Virus record (IMG/VR): IMGVR_UViG_3300032323_003899
Location: 6,818 to 70,817 of that record
Length of the DNA: 64,000 nt
Reading direction: 5' to 3' (one strand)
DNA from: a virus
Both the position numbers and the translations under genes were made by a program. Each line of letters opens with the position of its first letter. The stretch's first letter is position 1. Shown piece after piece: positions 19,542 through 31,300 of this stretch. The notes beneath the pieces were generated by a model, which saw only the letters and a list, made by a program, of their open reading frames with translations, was not told the DNA's origin and ran no database searches.

Positions 19542-20030
19542 ATGGCTGATTTATTAATGAAAATGCCGATACCTTACGAACCGAAACGTCAGAATCGATT
19601 CATCCTAAGGTTTCCCTCAAGTTTGGGTATCAACGAATGGTTTGTGGAGAGTACGGCTAGACCACATATTCAAATCGGTTCTACAGAAATACCTTTCTTA
19701 AACACATCTACATACGTAGCTGGTAGATTCAACTGGCAACCCCTTAACGTAACATTTAGAGACCCAATTGGTCCTTCTGCAGCACAAGCTCTTATGGAGT
19801 GGGTTCGTTTACATGCTGAGTCTGTAACAGGTCGTATGGGTTATGCTGCGGGTTATAAAAAAGATATTGACCTCGAGATGTTGGACCCAACAGGTGTTGT
19901 TGTTGAGAAGTGGATTCTTTATGGAACATTCTTGACTGATGTGAACTTTAATACTTTAGCTTATAACCAAGATGGTTTGGCAACAATTACGGCTTCTATG
20001 AGAATGGACCGTTGTGTATTGGTTTACTAA
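19542..20030 (+). CDS. Tail tube protein (gp19-like)
   Basis: YEPKRQNRF, YVAGRFNWQPLNVTFRD, YKKDIDLEMLDPTGVVVEKWILYG. Confidence 0.92.
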   Translation: MADLLMKMPIPYEPKRQNRFILRFPSSLGINEWFVESTARPHIQIGSTEIPFLNTSTYVAGRFNWQPLNVTFRDPIGPSAAQALMEWVRLHAESVTGRMGYAAGYKKDIDLEMLDPTGVVVEKWILYGTFLTDVNFNTLAYNQDGLATITASMRMDRCVLVY

Positions 20031-20062
20031 TATTATTTATAAAATAAATACTTTTTTTATAT

Positions 20063-20100
20063 TTAACCCTGAAGAACATAAACTTCAGGGTTAATTTTTT
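20063..20100 (+). terminator. Intrinsic terminator-like hairpin after the tube gene
   Basis: TTAACCCTGAAG-N8-CTTCAGGGTTAA followed by T6. Confidence 0.75.
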
Positions 20101-20105
20101 ATATT

Positions 20106-20849
20106 ATGGATGAACAATCAAGAATGTATGGTCAAGAGAACATTTCTTTACCACACGACGTAGTACCTCTACCATCAGAGGGAGTTTTTTATAAAAACAA
20201 GAAAAAGTCAATTAAGGTCGGATATCTAACCGCATATGATGAAAACATTATTATGGCAGGAGGAGATAATCTCGCAATCAACCTTCTTAGGAACAAGATT
20301 TATGAACCTGATTTGAAAGTTGAAGACATGTTGGAGGGTGATGTTGAATCTGTATTAATATTTTTGAGGAATACAGCTTTTGGTCCCGATATGATGATTA
20401 CAACTACTGACCCAAAAACAGGTAAACCATTTCAAGTTAATGTGACTTTGGACCAAATGTCAATTACAAAAGGTCAGGAACCAACATCTGATGGTCACTT
20501 TGTAACTACTCTACCGAAGACAGGTTCAACCGTCAAGTTGAAACCTTTGACTTACGGTGAAATCAGAGAAATAAGTAAAACTATAGACTCCTATCCCCAA
20601 GGAAGAGTCGCTCCTTATGTAACTTTAAAACTACAAAGACAAATAGTTGAAGTTAATGGTACACAAGACAAAGGAGAAATTGCTAAATTTGTGGAACAAT
20701 TACCAATCGCAGATTCAAAATATATTAAGAAATTTATGAATGACAACGAGCCAAAACTTGACATGTCTAAAATAGTAACAACCCCATCAGGAGAAAAACT
20801 TACAGTCAATGTTGGTTTTGGGGTTGATTTCTTTCGCCCTTTCTTCTGA
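20106..20849 (+). CDS. Baseplate hub/tail assembly chaperone (T4 gp26-like)
   Basis: VPLPSEG.FY, YLTAYDENI, GDVESVLIFLR..FG, TLPKTG..VKLKPLT, C-terminal DFF; sits between the tube and tape-measure genes. Confidence 0.75.
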   Translation: MDEQSRMYGQENISLPHDVVPLPSEGVFYKNKKKSIKVGYLTAYDENIIMAGGDNLAINLLRNKIYEPDLKVEDMLEGDVESVLIFLRNTAFGPDMMITTTDPKTGKPFQVNVTLDQMSITKGQEPTSDGHFVTTLPKTGSTVKLKPLTYGEIREISKTIDSYPQGRVAPYVTLKLQRQIVEVNGTQDKGEIAKFVEQLPIADSKYIKKFMNDNEPKLDMSKIVTTPSGEKLTVNVGFGVDFFRPFF

Positions 20850-20988
20850 TTATAGGAAGGGACAACTTGATGAGTTCTATTACTTATCAACATTGTTGAA
20901 AGTAAGTTGGACTGATTTTGAGAAAATGCCAATTTTTGTAAGAAAATATCTACTTGATAAATGGATTCAAGAAAATCAGAAGGGTTAA
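20809..20988 (+). CDS. Small gp51-like tail chaperone ORF in the +1 frame (independent start or frameshift extension)
   Basis: Translated by hand: MLVLGLISFALSSDYRKGQLDEFYYLSTLLKVSWTDFEKMPIFVRKYLLDKWIQENQKG* (59 aa, below the track cutoff). S.TD..MP...R motif is typical of the second chaperone ORF. Confidence 0.65.
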   Translation: MLVLGLISFALSSDYRKGQLDEFYYLSTLLKVSWTDFEKMPIFVRKYLLDKWIQENQKG

Positions 20989-21028
20989 ATTATAACCCTT
21001 CTTCTATTTATATAGAAACCAATCACAC

Positions 21029-22972
21029 ATGAACGAAGAGGATAAAGTCAAAAGTCTTACCGAAGCTCTCAAACAGTTATATGAGGAAGCAAAAATTGGC
21101 AGTGATGATATTACTGCAGGTTTTGCTAACATGGTTGGTGGTGCTGAAGAGTTGATTAAACAATTCGGGATTGGTAGACAGAGAATGCAAGAACTCATGG
21201 GAGCGGTTACTGATGCCACTCCTGCAGTTGATAGATTGGGTGGTAACCTTAAAGATGCTGTCGAAACTATCGAAGCCGTTGGTAAAGCGACAAGAAGAAA
21301 TGTAGTAGCTGGGGAAGAACAAGTATCCAAATTATTTGCTAGTAGTCAAGTTTTGAGTCAAGAAGTTGGAACTATTGTAGAAAGTTTCTCGGAAATAGGT
21401 GTTGAATTCACTCAAGTAGGTGGAAAGATTGAAGAATCAATTCAATACATACAAAGTGTTGGAGGGAACACAAGACAGATAATGAGTAACGTTCTTAGTG
21501 ACATGTCGGCTATGAACAGGTTTAATTTTCAAGATGGTGTTGTGGGTTTAACAAGGATGGCGGCACAAGCAGCAATGTTAAAAACAGACATGAGAACTAC
21601 TATGGAATTGGCGGAAAAAGCATTAGACCCAGAAGGAGCTATAGAGCTAGCATCAGCTTTCCAAAGGTTAGGTGTTTCAGCGGGAGATTTGACAGACCCA
21701 TTCCAATTGATGAACAAATCATTGAATGACCCCGAAGGTTTACAAAATAGTATTGTGAACATGTCCAAACAATTTGCTTACTTCGATGAAAAAGCAGGAC
21801 AGTTTAAAATTAATCCTCAGGGTATGTTGATGATGAGGGAATTACAAAAACAAACGGGTTTAAGTAGTCAAGAACTTTCTAAAATGGCATTGAATGCGGC
21901 AGATTTAGATAAGAAGCTTTCACAAATTAGACCTGACATACAATTTGAAAACGAAGAGGATAAGAAATATTTGGCAAATATTGCTAAGATGGGTAAGGGA
22001 GGTAAATATGAAATCACTATCGACGACAAACAAGTGGAATTGGAGAAATTAACCCAACAACAAATGGATAAGTTAATAGATGAACAAAAAAAAGGTCCGA
22101 AAACCGTCGAAGATTTGCAGAGAGCTCAATTGGATGCTTTCACACTAGTCAAAAGTGATGTTAGGTCAATCAAGGATAAAGTAGTTTTGGGAATTGTTTC
22201 TGCACCAACTGTGAGAGAAGGAGCAGAGGGTGCTCGAGGAGTACTTGCTGCAGGTTCAAACGCGTTTGCAACTAGTGTTGATTTGAAATTGTTCAGAGAT
22301 GGAGCTGAAAAATCTATGGACCTTGTCAGAAACTTTGTAAGTGCAATGAGTAAAGGGGAGGGTTTGAGTAAAGATGGTATGAAAGAAGTTGAAAATGCAA
22401 TCAAAGAACTGCAACACTTACAAGGCAAAGGAGACGAGGGATTAAGGTCTGGAATAGAAAAGTTCCTACAGGAAAACGCAAACAACAATACTGAGATTGG
22501 CAGAACGGTCCAAAAATTTATTCAGAAAGAATACGACGAAAGTAAATTGAAAAAAGGGTCTGTTAAAGATGTAGATAAAATGGCGAACGCAAATCCTTAT
22601 AATTCGGGTGAAATTATGGGTGAGATTAAAACAACAACCTCGAGTATTAATACAAAAATAGATAACTTAGATTCCAAGGTGGGAAAAATTGCAACACCAG
22701 TTGCAAACAACATGGGAAACACCACGGTAACTGAAATTGTAAGAGAGATAAAAACAACAATGGTTGACAGTGATAAACAGGTTGTTGTTAGTTTTGACCC
22801 TTCAAAACCGGCAATTTTCGAATTAAATATTAAAGGGGACGGAGGAATGGATTACGCAAAAATAGAGGACAACTTAGTCAATAGTGAAAGACTTAAAGAA
22901 ACATTCACAACAAATGTTGTAGAAAAAATGAAAACCATGAATTTCGGTTCTATGAAGAATACCACCGCCTAA
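21029..22972 (+). CDS. Tape-measure-like protein
   Basis: Helical A/G/Q/M-rich 647-aa protein directly after the tail chaperones. Confidence 0.7.
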   Translation: MNEEDKVKSLTEALKQLYEEAKIGSDDITAGFANMVGGAEELIKQFGIGRQRMQELMGAVTDATPAVDRLGGNLKDAVETIEAVGKATRRNVVAGEEQVSKLFASSQVLSQEVGTIVESFSEIGVEFTQVGGKIEESIQYIQSVGGNTRQIMSNVLSDMSAMNRFNFQDGVVGLTRMAAQAAMLKTDMRTTMELAEKALDPEGAIELASAFQRLGVSAGDLTDPFQLMNKSLNDPEGLQNSIVNMSKQFAYFDEKAGQFKINPQGMLMMRELQKQTGLSSQELSKMALNAADLDKKLSQIRPDIQFENEEDKKYLANIAKMGKGGKYEITIDDKQVELEKLTQQQMDKLIDEQKKGPKTVEDLQRAQLDAFTLVKSDVRSIKDKVVLGIVSAPTVREGAEGARGVLAAGSNAFATSVDLKLFRDGAEKSMDLVRNFVSAMSKGEGLSKDGMKEVENAIKELQHLQGKGDEGLRSGIEKFLQENANNNTEIGRTVQKFIQKEYDESKLKKGSVKDVDKMANANPYNSGEIMGEIKTTTSSINTKIDNLDSKVGKIATPVANNMGNTTVTEIVREIKTTMVDSDKQVVVSFDPSKPAIFELNIKGDGGMDYAKIEDNLVNSERLKETFTTNVVEKMKTMNFGSMKNTTA

Positions 22973-23012
22973 TAAAAAGTTTCAAAGAATCTATTTATTA
23001 TAAAAGAAATAA

Positions 23013-26000
23013 ATGGCAAGTCCATTACTCGTAAACTCTGAATCGTTCAGAAAAAAGATTATCGTAAAGAACCTTGTGCCTTATCCAAAGTCACCAAGTA
23101 GAATTACGCCACCAATAGACTACGATACAACTCTATCAGATTCTGCGGTAATAGACTCACCTGATGTTCTCATAGACGAACCGAGGTTCGCTCAACAACT
23201 TTACAAAAACAATCAATACGGAGCGGAGGGAGGGTACAAACAAGTTCCCGACCCAGGTTCTCTCAACGGTACGAAATCAAACGAGGGAGAATATGGTTAT
23301 CAAGATGCTAATATCTTAGACCAAGCACCAATAGAAGCTAAAAGATGGAAAAGTGTCAACGCTTACTCATTCCCAAATGACGTTACAGATGCGGGAGAAT
23401 ATATTGCAACACTCGAGACAGTTCAACTAAATAACAACCGAACAACTAATGGACAACCATATCCCTCAACTTTTAACCCATCATCATACAATCCAGTATC
23501 CATACTTTTGTCTCCAGACCCTTTGGGTAGTAATGGACTACTAAGTTCTGACTCATACATTGCTAGACTTGGAGCAACAATTCTAAGGAAGGAGTTTGAA
23601 ACAAGAATTGGTAGGGAAATAATACAAAGGACCACAGGAAGAATTAACATTTTCAATGTTAGGAGTGGAACAGATGTTCTTAGTTTATTAACAGGTAGAA
23701 TACCTGTGATTGAACCCAACTATCAAATTACAGTTCCGGCCGGTCCAATTTTAGCTGCGACAGATTTTGCATTAAGACTAGCCGGTTCAATCATACCACT
23801 TTCACCCATACCTGGTTCATATTTCGACCCGTCTATACAGATAGGACAACCAACAACAATACAACAATTAGGTAATGCTTTCAGAAGAAGTACTACAGGA
23901 AAATTTTTCAATAGATTATTAGGAGGAACCAAAACAGGTTCTCAAATATTTTTAGAAAATACGGGTGGTGGTCAGAAATCGAGGTTATTTGGTAACTTAG
24001 ATTATAACAGATTTAAACCTGGATATAACAGGTCTATTTTCGATAGACTTGGTGGTGCCATAGTTGGAACAAATACAAATAATAGTAACTACTATATTGG
24101 TTCTATAACATCGGAGCCATCAAGAGTTTTCTCACCGGGAGGTGATTTACCCGTTGATAACTTTGCGAGAGAAGTACAATCACCAGTATATGGGCCTCAA
24201 GAACTCGCCCAACTATACGAAGGACCTTCGAGAGAAGTCAAGTTAGGTGCAAACGGACCAACCTATAGTGATGGTGGTGGTATTGAAGGAGGATTCACTT
24301 GGGTATCACCTAAGTATAGAGCAAATGCTGGTAAGAAAGTTGGTATCGGAGGAGAGATTTTAGACATAGACGAAAACTTCAGACCATCATCATATGTAAA
24401 TACAGAATCGAATAACCTTCAATTTAGGGAAGGTTCAATCTTAGATGACACACAGAAGCTGATTGATAGTCAGCCTGCAGGAGGAAGAAGACTACAACAC
24501 GTTGGAAATGCTATAGACCAGGTAAGCAAAGTATTCAATGATGGATATAAAGAATTGACTAAAGGTTCTAGGGTTATCAAATATACCGGTGCAATTGGAC
24601 AGGAGAGAGGAGTAGAGTATTGTAGAGTGTTTGCTAAAGATATACCATATCTCAACTATACTAACTTACAGAAAACAGAAGGCATAACCACACAAAACAG
24701 AAAGATTTCGTATTCTGTTTTAGATAGTACATACAATTTAAACATTTATCCGAACAAAAAAGATGGTACCGCTGATTCGACGAATTTAGTTGGAAATCCT
24801 GACACAGATGGACATGTAAAGAAATATATGTTCTCTTTGGAAAATTTGGCGTGGAGAAGTTCTTCCAAACCTGGGTTTACTTATTCTGACTTGCCAGTCT
24901 GTGAAAGAGGACCTAATGGAGGTAGAATTATGTGGTTTCCACCATATGGACTAACTTTCAGTGAAAGCACAAATGCTTCATGGAAAGATTCAAGTTTTAT
25001 CGGAAGACCTGAACCAATATACACTTATAGCAACACAAGTAGGGGTGGTAGTCTTTCATGGAAAATAGTTGTTGACCACCCATCAGTTTTAAATTTAGTT
25101 GTCAACAAAGTATTAAATAATGAAACAAATAGAGATAAAATTAATAGTTTATTGGAATCTTTCTTTGCTGGGTGCGTGAAATACGACTTGTATGAGTTGG
25201 CCAAAAGATATCCTTTGGCAAATCCGAATGATTTATATGTCATACAAACTGAGTTAGATTCAAAACAACTTACAAAAGAACAGGTAGATTGGATTAAGAG
25301 AGATGTTCAAACGGGAGTTAATACAAGTACAAATCAAAATAATCCAAAAAAAGCAAACCCATCCCTTTCAGTTGAACCGATACAAGATGCTTTGAAAAGT
25401 AGAGGATTTTATTTTGATAATGATATTCCAAAAGGGACTGTAAGTGCTTATACGGAGTATTATACTATCTATGAAAAACAGGAACCAACATATATAAAAG
25501 AAGCTCCAAATCAGACTACACCATATGTATCAAACTCAAACGCGGTTCAAACTTTTTTTACTGAAGTAATAAAAAATAATTATAGTGAAATCACGAAGCA
25601 GTTAGATAAAATTTATGAAGTGGCGGACCAAATTGACTCTATTAATTTTACCTTATCAGGAACAGCTTCTGCACCGGCAAGTGTGGCGTACAATAAAAGT
25701 CTTTCTGAGAGAAGAAATGAATCAGTTAGGAAGTTCATTTTGGGATATCCATTTGTTACTGGTAAGAAACCTTTGGGGGAATTAATTGGGCCAAATAAAA
25801 TAACTTTTACTGAGTCTGCGAAAGGAGAGCAATCGGAAGTGACCGCCAAAATGATATCTAGAAATTCTGAAACCTACGATTGTACAAAAGATACTAAGGA
25901 TAGTCAGGCGGCAACAAAAAAAATATACACAGTAAACGCTATGGCTTGTAGGAGAGTTGCGATTACAGATGTAAAAATAACACCGAAACAACAGGGAATT

Positions 26001-28001
26001 ACAGACCCACAACCTGAAAACACACAACCACAGGTTACCACAACTACACAATCGGTACAACAAATAACACAACAAACTACAACAGAAACTGTTGAGGTTC
26101 AAAGAACAAGGCTTGCGGATAATTTGTCGAAAAGAGTTTTAAGACTGTTACTCACAGAATGTGATTATTTTGAAAGTATCAAAGAAGACACTCCCATGGT
26201 TTACGACAATTTGAAAGACAAATTAAAGTTCTTCCACCCCGCTTTCCACTCAACAACACCCGAAGGATTGAATTCGAGACTAACATTCTTGAATCAATGC
26301 ATGAGACCTGGTGACACAATACCGACAATAAAATCAGTAAATGGGAAACAGGTTTTAGATTATAGCAATGCGGTGAATACCGCTTTTGGTACACCACCTG
26401 TACTTGTCCTAAGAGTAGGAGATTTTTATAATACTAAAATTATACCTGAGTCATTACAATTACAGTATGAAAATTTAGACTTGAATCCTGAAGGTATTGG
26501 TGTTCAACCAATGATTGCGAATGTTACATTAGGATTCAAGTTTGTCGGAGGAAGTGGAATTAAAGATGCGGTAGATAAAATACAGAATGCGCTTACATTC
26601 AACTACTATGCTAACACCGAAGTTTATGATGATAGGGCGGAAGCAACTGATACAGAAAGTTTAGCAAGTCTTGATGCTGAGTTTGCTTCACTCTACGGAC
26701 AACAAGCACCACCAACACAGAACCAAGTTCAAAATAACCCTGGTCAAAGTAATTCAACGACAATTGGAAATATTGTTCAAAGTGTTTCTACTCCAAATGG
26801 AGTAAGCGGAGTTACCTCATATACAAAATTCATGTCTGATTTTGTTGAAGGTACTCAGAATTATTTCAGAGATATAATGAATAAGAACAAAGAAATTTTA
26901 GCACAATACAACGAGTCAATTAGACAACAAGCTACTTTAGGTAGAAATTATACTAAAGGAGAAATAATAATAGGTTCAGGTGTTGATACTTTCCTATACG
27001 GAAAACCTTCCGTGATTCAGAAAAGAGTTGATACTATTTTCCAAAAATACTTAGCAGATATTGAATCAGACCAAGATGAATTCTTGAAATATATGGACGT
27101 GAAAAACTTTTCAAAAAAAGTATTACGAACTTTAAAAAATAATTATAAGGACACGGTAAATAGGAAAAAAAATACGTTCACAAATTCAGTATTCACAGTA
27201 ATACAGGGATTAACAAACCAACAAACAAGTTACAATAATCTTATCGCGAGATACAATATTATAACCTATGGCACACCAACCCAAACGGGCTCAGACGGGT
27301 ATCAACCAAACGGTAAAGACCCAATAGTTTATTATACATCAGGAAGTACAACACTAAATGGTCTCACAACGGACGGTGTAAAAATTAAAACAAGTCTGAA
27401 TCAATATCTTGCAAAATTGAATAATAAATATACTTTTACCTTCGAGGGTAAATCATATGACAATTTGGTAATTCTCCCTGAAACTGGAGAGAATTCGGCT
27501 TCAGAAAATGAAACATTCAGGGCAATTGGAACAGGTTCAGAATTTAATAGTCAAAGTTTTAGGAGAGAATATACAATACTGAGTACAGATGTCACTGACA
27601 GTAAAAAATATGAGACATTCAAAAATGAAATGATTGGTAATATTTTGAGTAATGCAAAACTTTTGGAAGACGTTGATAAAGATTTGCAAAAAGAATTCGA
27701 TGCTTACTGGTTAGGAAAGGCAAAACCTGCCTTTGAAAAACAAAACAAAGCGGCATTAGAATTTTTAAATTATATGGAAACAAGTCAACTTCAAAACTTT
27801 ATAAACTTCGTCGAAGTTGATAAAAAACAAGTTAGAGATATGACTTTCACTAACGAACCAGGAAATACGACAGAAGATATTTTAATGAGTAATAGAAAAA
27901 CACTTATTAATTCACTTATACTACCAGCAACAAATACTAATAATCAAACCTTCAACGATAGCCAAGGACAAATCGTGATAACAAAAACAAAATTTAACTA
28001 A
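23013..28001 (+). CDS. Large baseplate/tube-initiator protein with an OmpA-like domain
   Basis: WKDSSFIGRPEPIYTYSNTSR and PPVLVLRVGDFY resemble tube-initiator domains. OmpA-like segment GTASA..YNKSLSERRNESV..CRRVAI. Precedes the gp53-like gene. Confidence 0.6.
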   Translation: MASPLLVNSESFRKKIIVKNLVPYPKSPSRITPPIDYDTTLSDSAVIDSPDVLIDEPRFAQQLYKNNQYGAEGGYKQVPDPGSLNGTKSNEGEYGYQDANILDQAPIEAKRWKSVNAYSFPNDVTDAGEYIATLETVQLNNNRTTNGQPYPSTFNPSSYNPVSILLSPDPLGSNGLLSSDSYIARLGATILRKEFETRIGREIIQRTTGRINIFNVRSGTDVLSLLTGRIPVIEPNYQITVPAGPILAATDFALRLAGSIIPLSPIPGSYFDPSIQIGQPTTIQQLGNAFRRSTTGKFFNRLLGGTKTGSQIFLENTGGGQKSRLFGNLDYNRFKPGYNRSIFDRLGGAIVGTNTNNSNYYIGSITSEPSRVFSPGGDLPVDNFAREVQSPVYGPQELAQLYEGPSREVKLGANGPTYSDGGGIEGGFTWVSPKYRANAGKKVGIGGEILDIDENFRPSSYVNTESNNLQFREGSILDDTQKLIDSQPAGGRRLQHVGNAIDQVSKVFNDGYKELTKGSRVIKYTGAIGQERGVEYCRVFAKDIPYLNYTNLQKTEGITTQNRKISYSVLDSTYNLNIYPNKKDGTADSTNLVGNPDTDGHVKKYMFSLENLAWRSSSKPGFTYSDLPVCERGPNGGRIMWFPPYGLTFSESTNASWKDSSFIGRPEPIYTYSNTSRGGSLSWKIVVDHPSVLNLVVNKVLNNETNRDKINSLLESFFAGCVKYDLYELAKRYPLANPNDLYVIQTELDSKQLTKEQVDWIKRDVQTGVNTSTNQNNPKKANPSLSVEPIQDALKSRGFYFDNDIPKGTVSAYTEYYTIYEKQEPTYIKEAPNQTTPYVSNSNAVQTFFTEVIKNNYSEITKQLDKIYEVADQIDSINFTLSGTASAPASVAYNKSLSERRNESVRKFILGYPFVTGKKPLGELIGPNKITFTESAKGEQSEVTAKMISRNSETYDCTKDTKDSQAATKKIYTVNAMACRRVAITDVKITPKQQGITDPQPENTQPQVTTTTQSVQQITQQTTTETVEVQRTRLADNLSKRVLRLLLTECDYFESIKEDTPMVYDNLKDKLKFFHPAFHSTTPEGLNSRLTFLNQCMRPGDTIPTIKSVNGKQVLDYSNAVNTAFGTPPVLVLRVGDFYNTKIIPESLQLQYENLDLNPEGIGVQPMIANVTLGFKFVGGSGIKDAVDKIQNALTFNYYANTEVYDDRAEATDTESLASLDAEFASLYGQQAPPTQNQVQNNPGQSNSTTIGNIVQSVSTPNGVSGVTSYTKFMSDFVEGTQNYFRDIMNKNKEILAQYNESIRQQATLGRNYTKGEIIIGSGVDTFLYGKPSVIQKRVDTIFQKYLADIESDQDEFLKYMDVKNFSKKVLRTLKNNYKDTVNRKKNTFTNSVFTVIQGLTNQQTSYNNLIARYNIITYGTPTQTGSDGYQPNGKDPIVYYTSGSTTLNGLTTDGVKIKTSLNQYLAKLNNKYTFTFEGKSYDNLVILPETGENSASENETFRAIGTGSEFNSQSFRREYTILSTDVTDSKKYETFKNEMIGNILSNAKLLEDVDKDLQKEFDAYWLGKAKPAFEKQNKAALEFLNYMETSQLQNFINFVEVDKKQVRDMTFTNEPGNTTEDILMSNRKTLINSLILPATNTNNQTFNDSQGQIVITKTKFN

Positions 28002-28324
28002 TGCCATTTGCATATTATAATAGATATACGGATTTTCTAATCAACGGACAACAGACCGTTGTACCATTTGTTTATCTACCAAATAAACCATCAGACAAGA
28101 CTTTTATTTATAAGGTCGGTAGAAGCAGACTTGATAAGGTTTCTCAAGATTTTTATGGTAGTCCTTACTTTGGTTGGCTTATTTTACAAGCAAATCCACA
28201 GTTTGGAGGTTTGGAGAACTATATACCTGACGGTGCAATATTGACAATTCCTTTTCCTCTTCTACCATCATTACAAGACTATAAAGGTGCATTAGAAAAT
28301 TATTTTTATTATTATGGTAGGTAA
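28001..28324 (+). CDS. LysM-like baseplate wedge protein (gp53-like)
   Basis: RLDKVSQDFYGSPYFGWLILQANP..IPDGAILTIP. Confidence 0.8.
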   Translation: MPFAYYNRYTDFLINGQQTVVPFVYLPNKPSDKTFIYKVGRSRLDKVSQDFYGSPYFGWLILQANPQFGGLENYIPDGAILTIPFPLLPSLQDYKGALENYFYYYGR

Positions 28325-31300
28325 CTTACTTCCAGATAACGCGGGTGGTATTTTGGTTGAGTTCGATTACAACAACATCATTGTAGTTGACCCCAACAAA
28401 ACTATTGATGCGAATGGTAACATACAGGAAAGACTTGTTGACCACGAGAATCTTGTAATGTTTTGTAATTTGGAAGCGGAAGTATTACCAAGAACAAAAT
28501 TGGCTGTAGGTGGAAGTCCTCAAAACGCGGCAACCACAGTTTCGATAGCCAAGATAAATTTTTTGGCACCCAACGAAAAAGATTATTTTTCTACTTCATA
28601 CTACGACGAATTGACAGGTTTGAATACGACAGGTAAGTCGCCAAAAACAGGTTTGAATGGTATGGGGGTAAATCAACCTACAGAAACAATACAAGGTAAT
28701 CCAAGAGAAAAAACAGCATCTTACAAAGCTGGTGTTGTTACCAATGGGGTTGACGGTGCTGTTGATAATGGGCTTTTGGGTATAACAAGTATAAATGTTA
28801 GGGTTGGACTTAGTTTCATACCAAGTGTTACTGTAGAACTTGAAGACGTACAAGGACGAGCATTATTTCAATTGGGTGATAATTCACCTTATGCGGCATT
28901 TTTCAATTTACCTTATCCACCTTTCTATTTAACACTTAAAGGTTACTATGGACAGGCAATCAGGTATCAACTTAATTTAGAAAAGTTTAATGCAAGGTTT
29001 AACTCTTTCAGTGGTAACTACCAAGTGAGCTTGGAGTTCAAAGGATATAAATTTAATATATTAAATGAAATCTTAGTTGGCCATTTGTTGGCAACACCAC
29101 ACATGTACTCCAAAAGATATGATTTAACAGTGAACTCAAACCCAACTGTTGGTCAAGTCAAACAAGATTCTGTAAACGGAAAGGGGGCGTCTGCACCAAC
29201 AAATAACCAACAAAATATTGTCACTTCTGTGGTAAGTGAGAGGGGGTATGAAAAGATATCACAAGTATACAGTGAATACAAGGCAAAAGCATTAATAGAG
29301 CCTGACTTTCCCGAAATTACATTTTATCAGTTAATTCAGAAAATAGACACATTTGAGAAAAACATCATGTCTCAATATACTCAAGCTGATGTTCAACCAT
29401 TGACGGATTGTAGAAGTTACAAGGCTAACTTAACAAAATATTACGAAAAAATATATCAATCAAATGATTCATGGTTTAATACATATCTAAACCCGAATCC
29501 GATAGTAATGAAGGATGGTAAGAAAAGATTTACTTATAAGCAAGGTCTTTCACAACAAGCCAAAACAGATGCTATTGGTGACTTAGAAAAATACATCAAA
29601 GAGTACAATAAAGCTTTATCGGAAAATGGAACTTTAGGTACAGTGAGCTCCAAGTCTGTTATTAATAATACAATTAGTAAAGATGACTTCACAAACCCAA
29701 AGTTGAATAGAGCGGAAATAAATTGGTTAGAAACTCTCAAGGAGAGAGGGGTTTTCTTCGAAAATGATACCTCTAAGGAGTATAACGATGCGGTAGACCT
29801 TATCACCACTTTATTTCTACCTAAGTTAGTTAAAGAGGAAAATTCAGAAAAAAGCCAGTTATTGCCAGACGATACTTTCAACTTACAAACCTTCATAGAT
29901 AAAATTAGGTCGATGGAAGCTGAAGCAAACAAAAAATTGACTGATTACGAATCTGAAATTACTGCAACACTTGCAAAAAAATTAGAGGATGATAAGATAG
30001 GTTTAGGATTCAGACCAACGGTAAGAAATATTTCGGCAATTATTATGGCTTCCACGGAAGGTTTTATTAGACTTATGGACGAAGTTCATACAAAGTCTTG
30101 GAGTTTGAGAAACGACCCTGTCAGAAGAAGTGCAATTTTGAACAATCAGTCTGCAGCAATAAGTTCTGATGGAAAACAAAATGTAGAATCATCATCTACA
30201 AACTCAACTTTGAACAGTTCTAACATACCAATATACCCTTGGCCACAATTTTTTGTTGAAACAAATGAAGATAAGAAAGGTAAGTTTCAGTTGAAATATC
30301 TTGCTGACCCATCTGTTGTTGATGTTACCAAAGGTAATAGATATGACGTTTGGCCTGAAGTGGAATTTGTTGAAGAATACTTGAAAGGACTAACTCAAAA
30401 GTTTCAATCACCGATTGCACCTCCACCATTAGAAAATTCTTCAACAACAAACTTATTGAATATAAATTCTTTAGAATTTCCTCAAAACAATATTGCGTAT
30501 AGAAATAAGGATGAGATTAAATTTTTCTATGAAATTTGGGAAAGACAATATTTGACATCTTTTTATACGGGTTTAGGGAGAGTTCAAGGACCAATGACAA
30601 CTAAATTGGTTGAATTAGTAAGGGACTATGAAAGCGAAAACATTATCACAAGTTTGGGAAATAGTTCTCCTTACTTAAAGTACAAACTCAAAAATTATCA
30701 AATAACAGCTCAAAATTACCAAAATACCTTATACAGTTTTTCTAACCAAGGTACGGGTAGATTATATCAACAATACAGTAGAGATTTTTTTGTAACACCA
30801 TATATCAACGGATATCTGAGAAACTCTTTTGAAATTAGAGAGTTGAACGATATAGGACCAACTTTGGAAAATAATTTAGCCAAGTATTCGGTCCTTTTAG
30901 AAAATATTATTGATACAACACCAAACGTATTATCAATCATAGATACATATCCATTTACAGATAACACATGGTGTGCCACCAACTTAGTTGGAAACGATAC
31001 GAATATTTTCCCAAAAAGGTATCAGACAACGGAAAGTTTAAGAATTTATGAACCTCAGAACGTAATTTCAAATTTTACTGACTTAGAAAACTACAATGTA
31101 AATAGACCCGTAACAAATTTTACATTTCAAAAACCGCAAAACCCAACGACGAGTGTTCAAAACAATTTTCAATTGAGTAATTTTTATAATTTAGCAATCC
31201 CAAATACACTGCCGATGACAGTTGGTAAAACGTTTACCGACTCACCTGCGGTTTTCTATTGGGGTAGAGGATTACCCTTTGTGACAACAACATCAATGTT

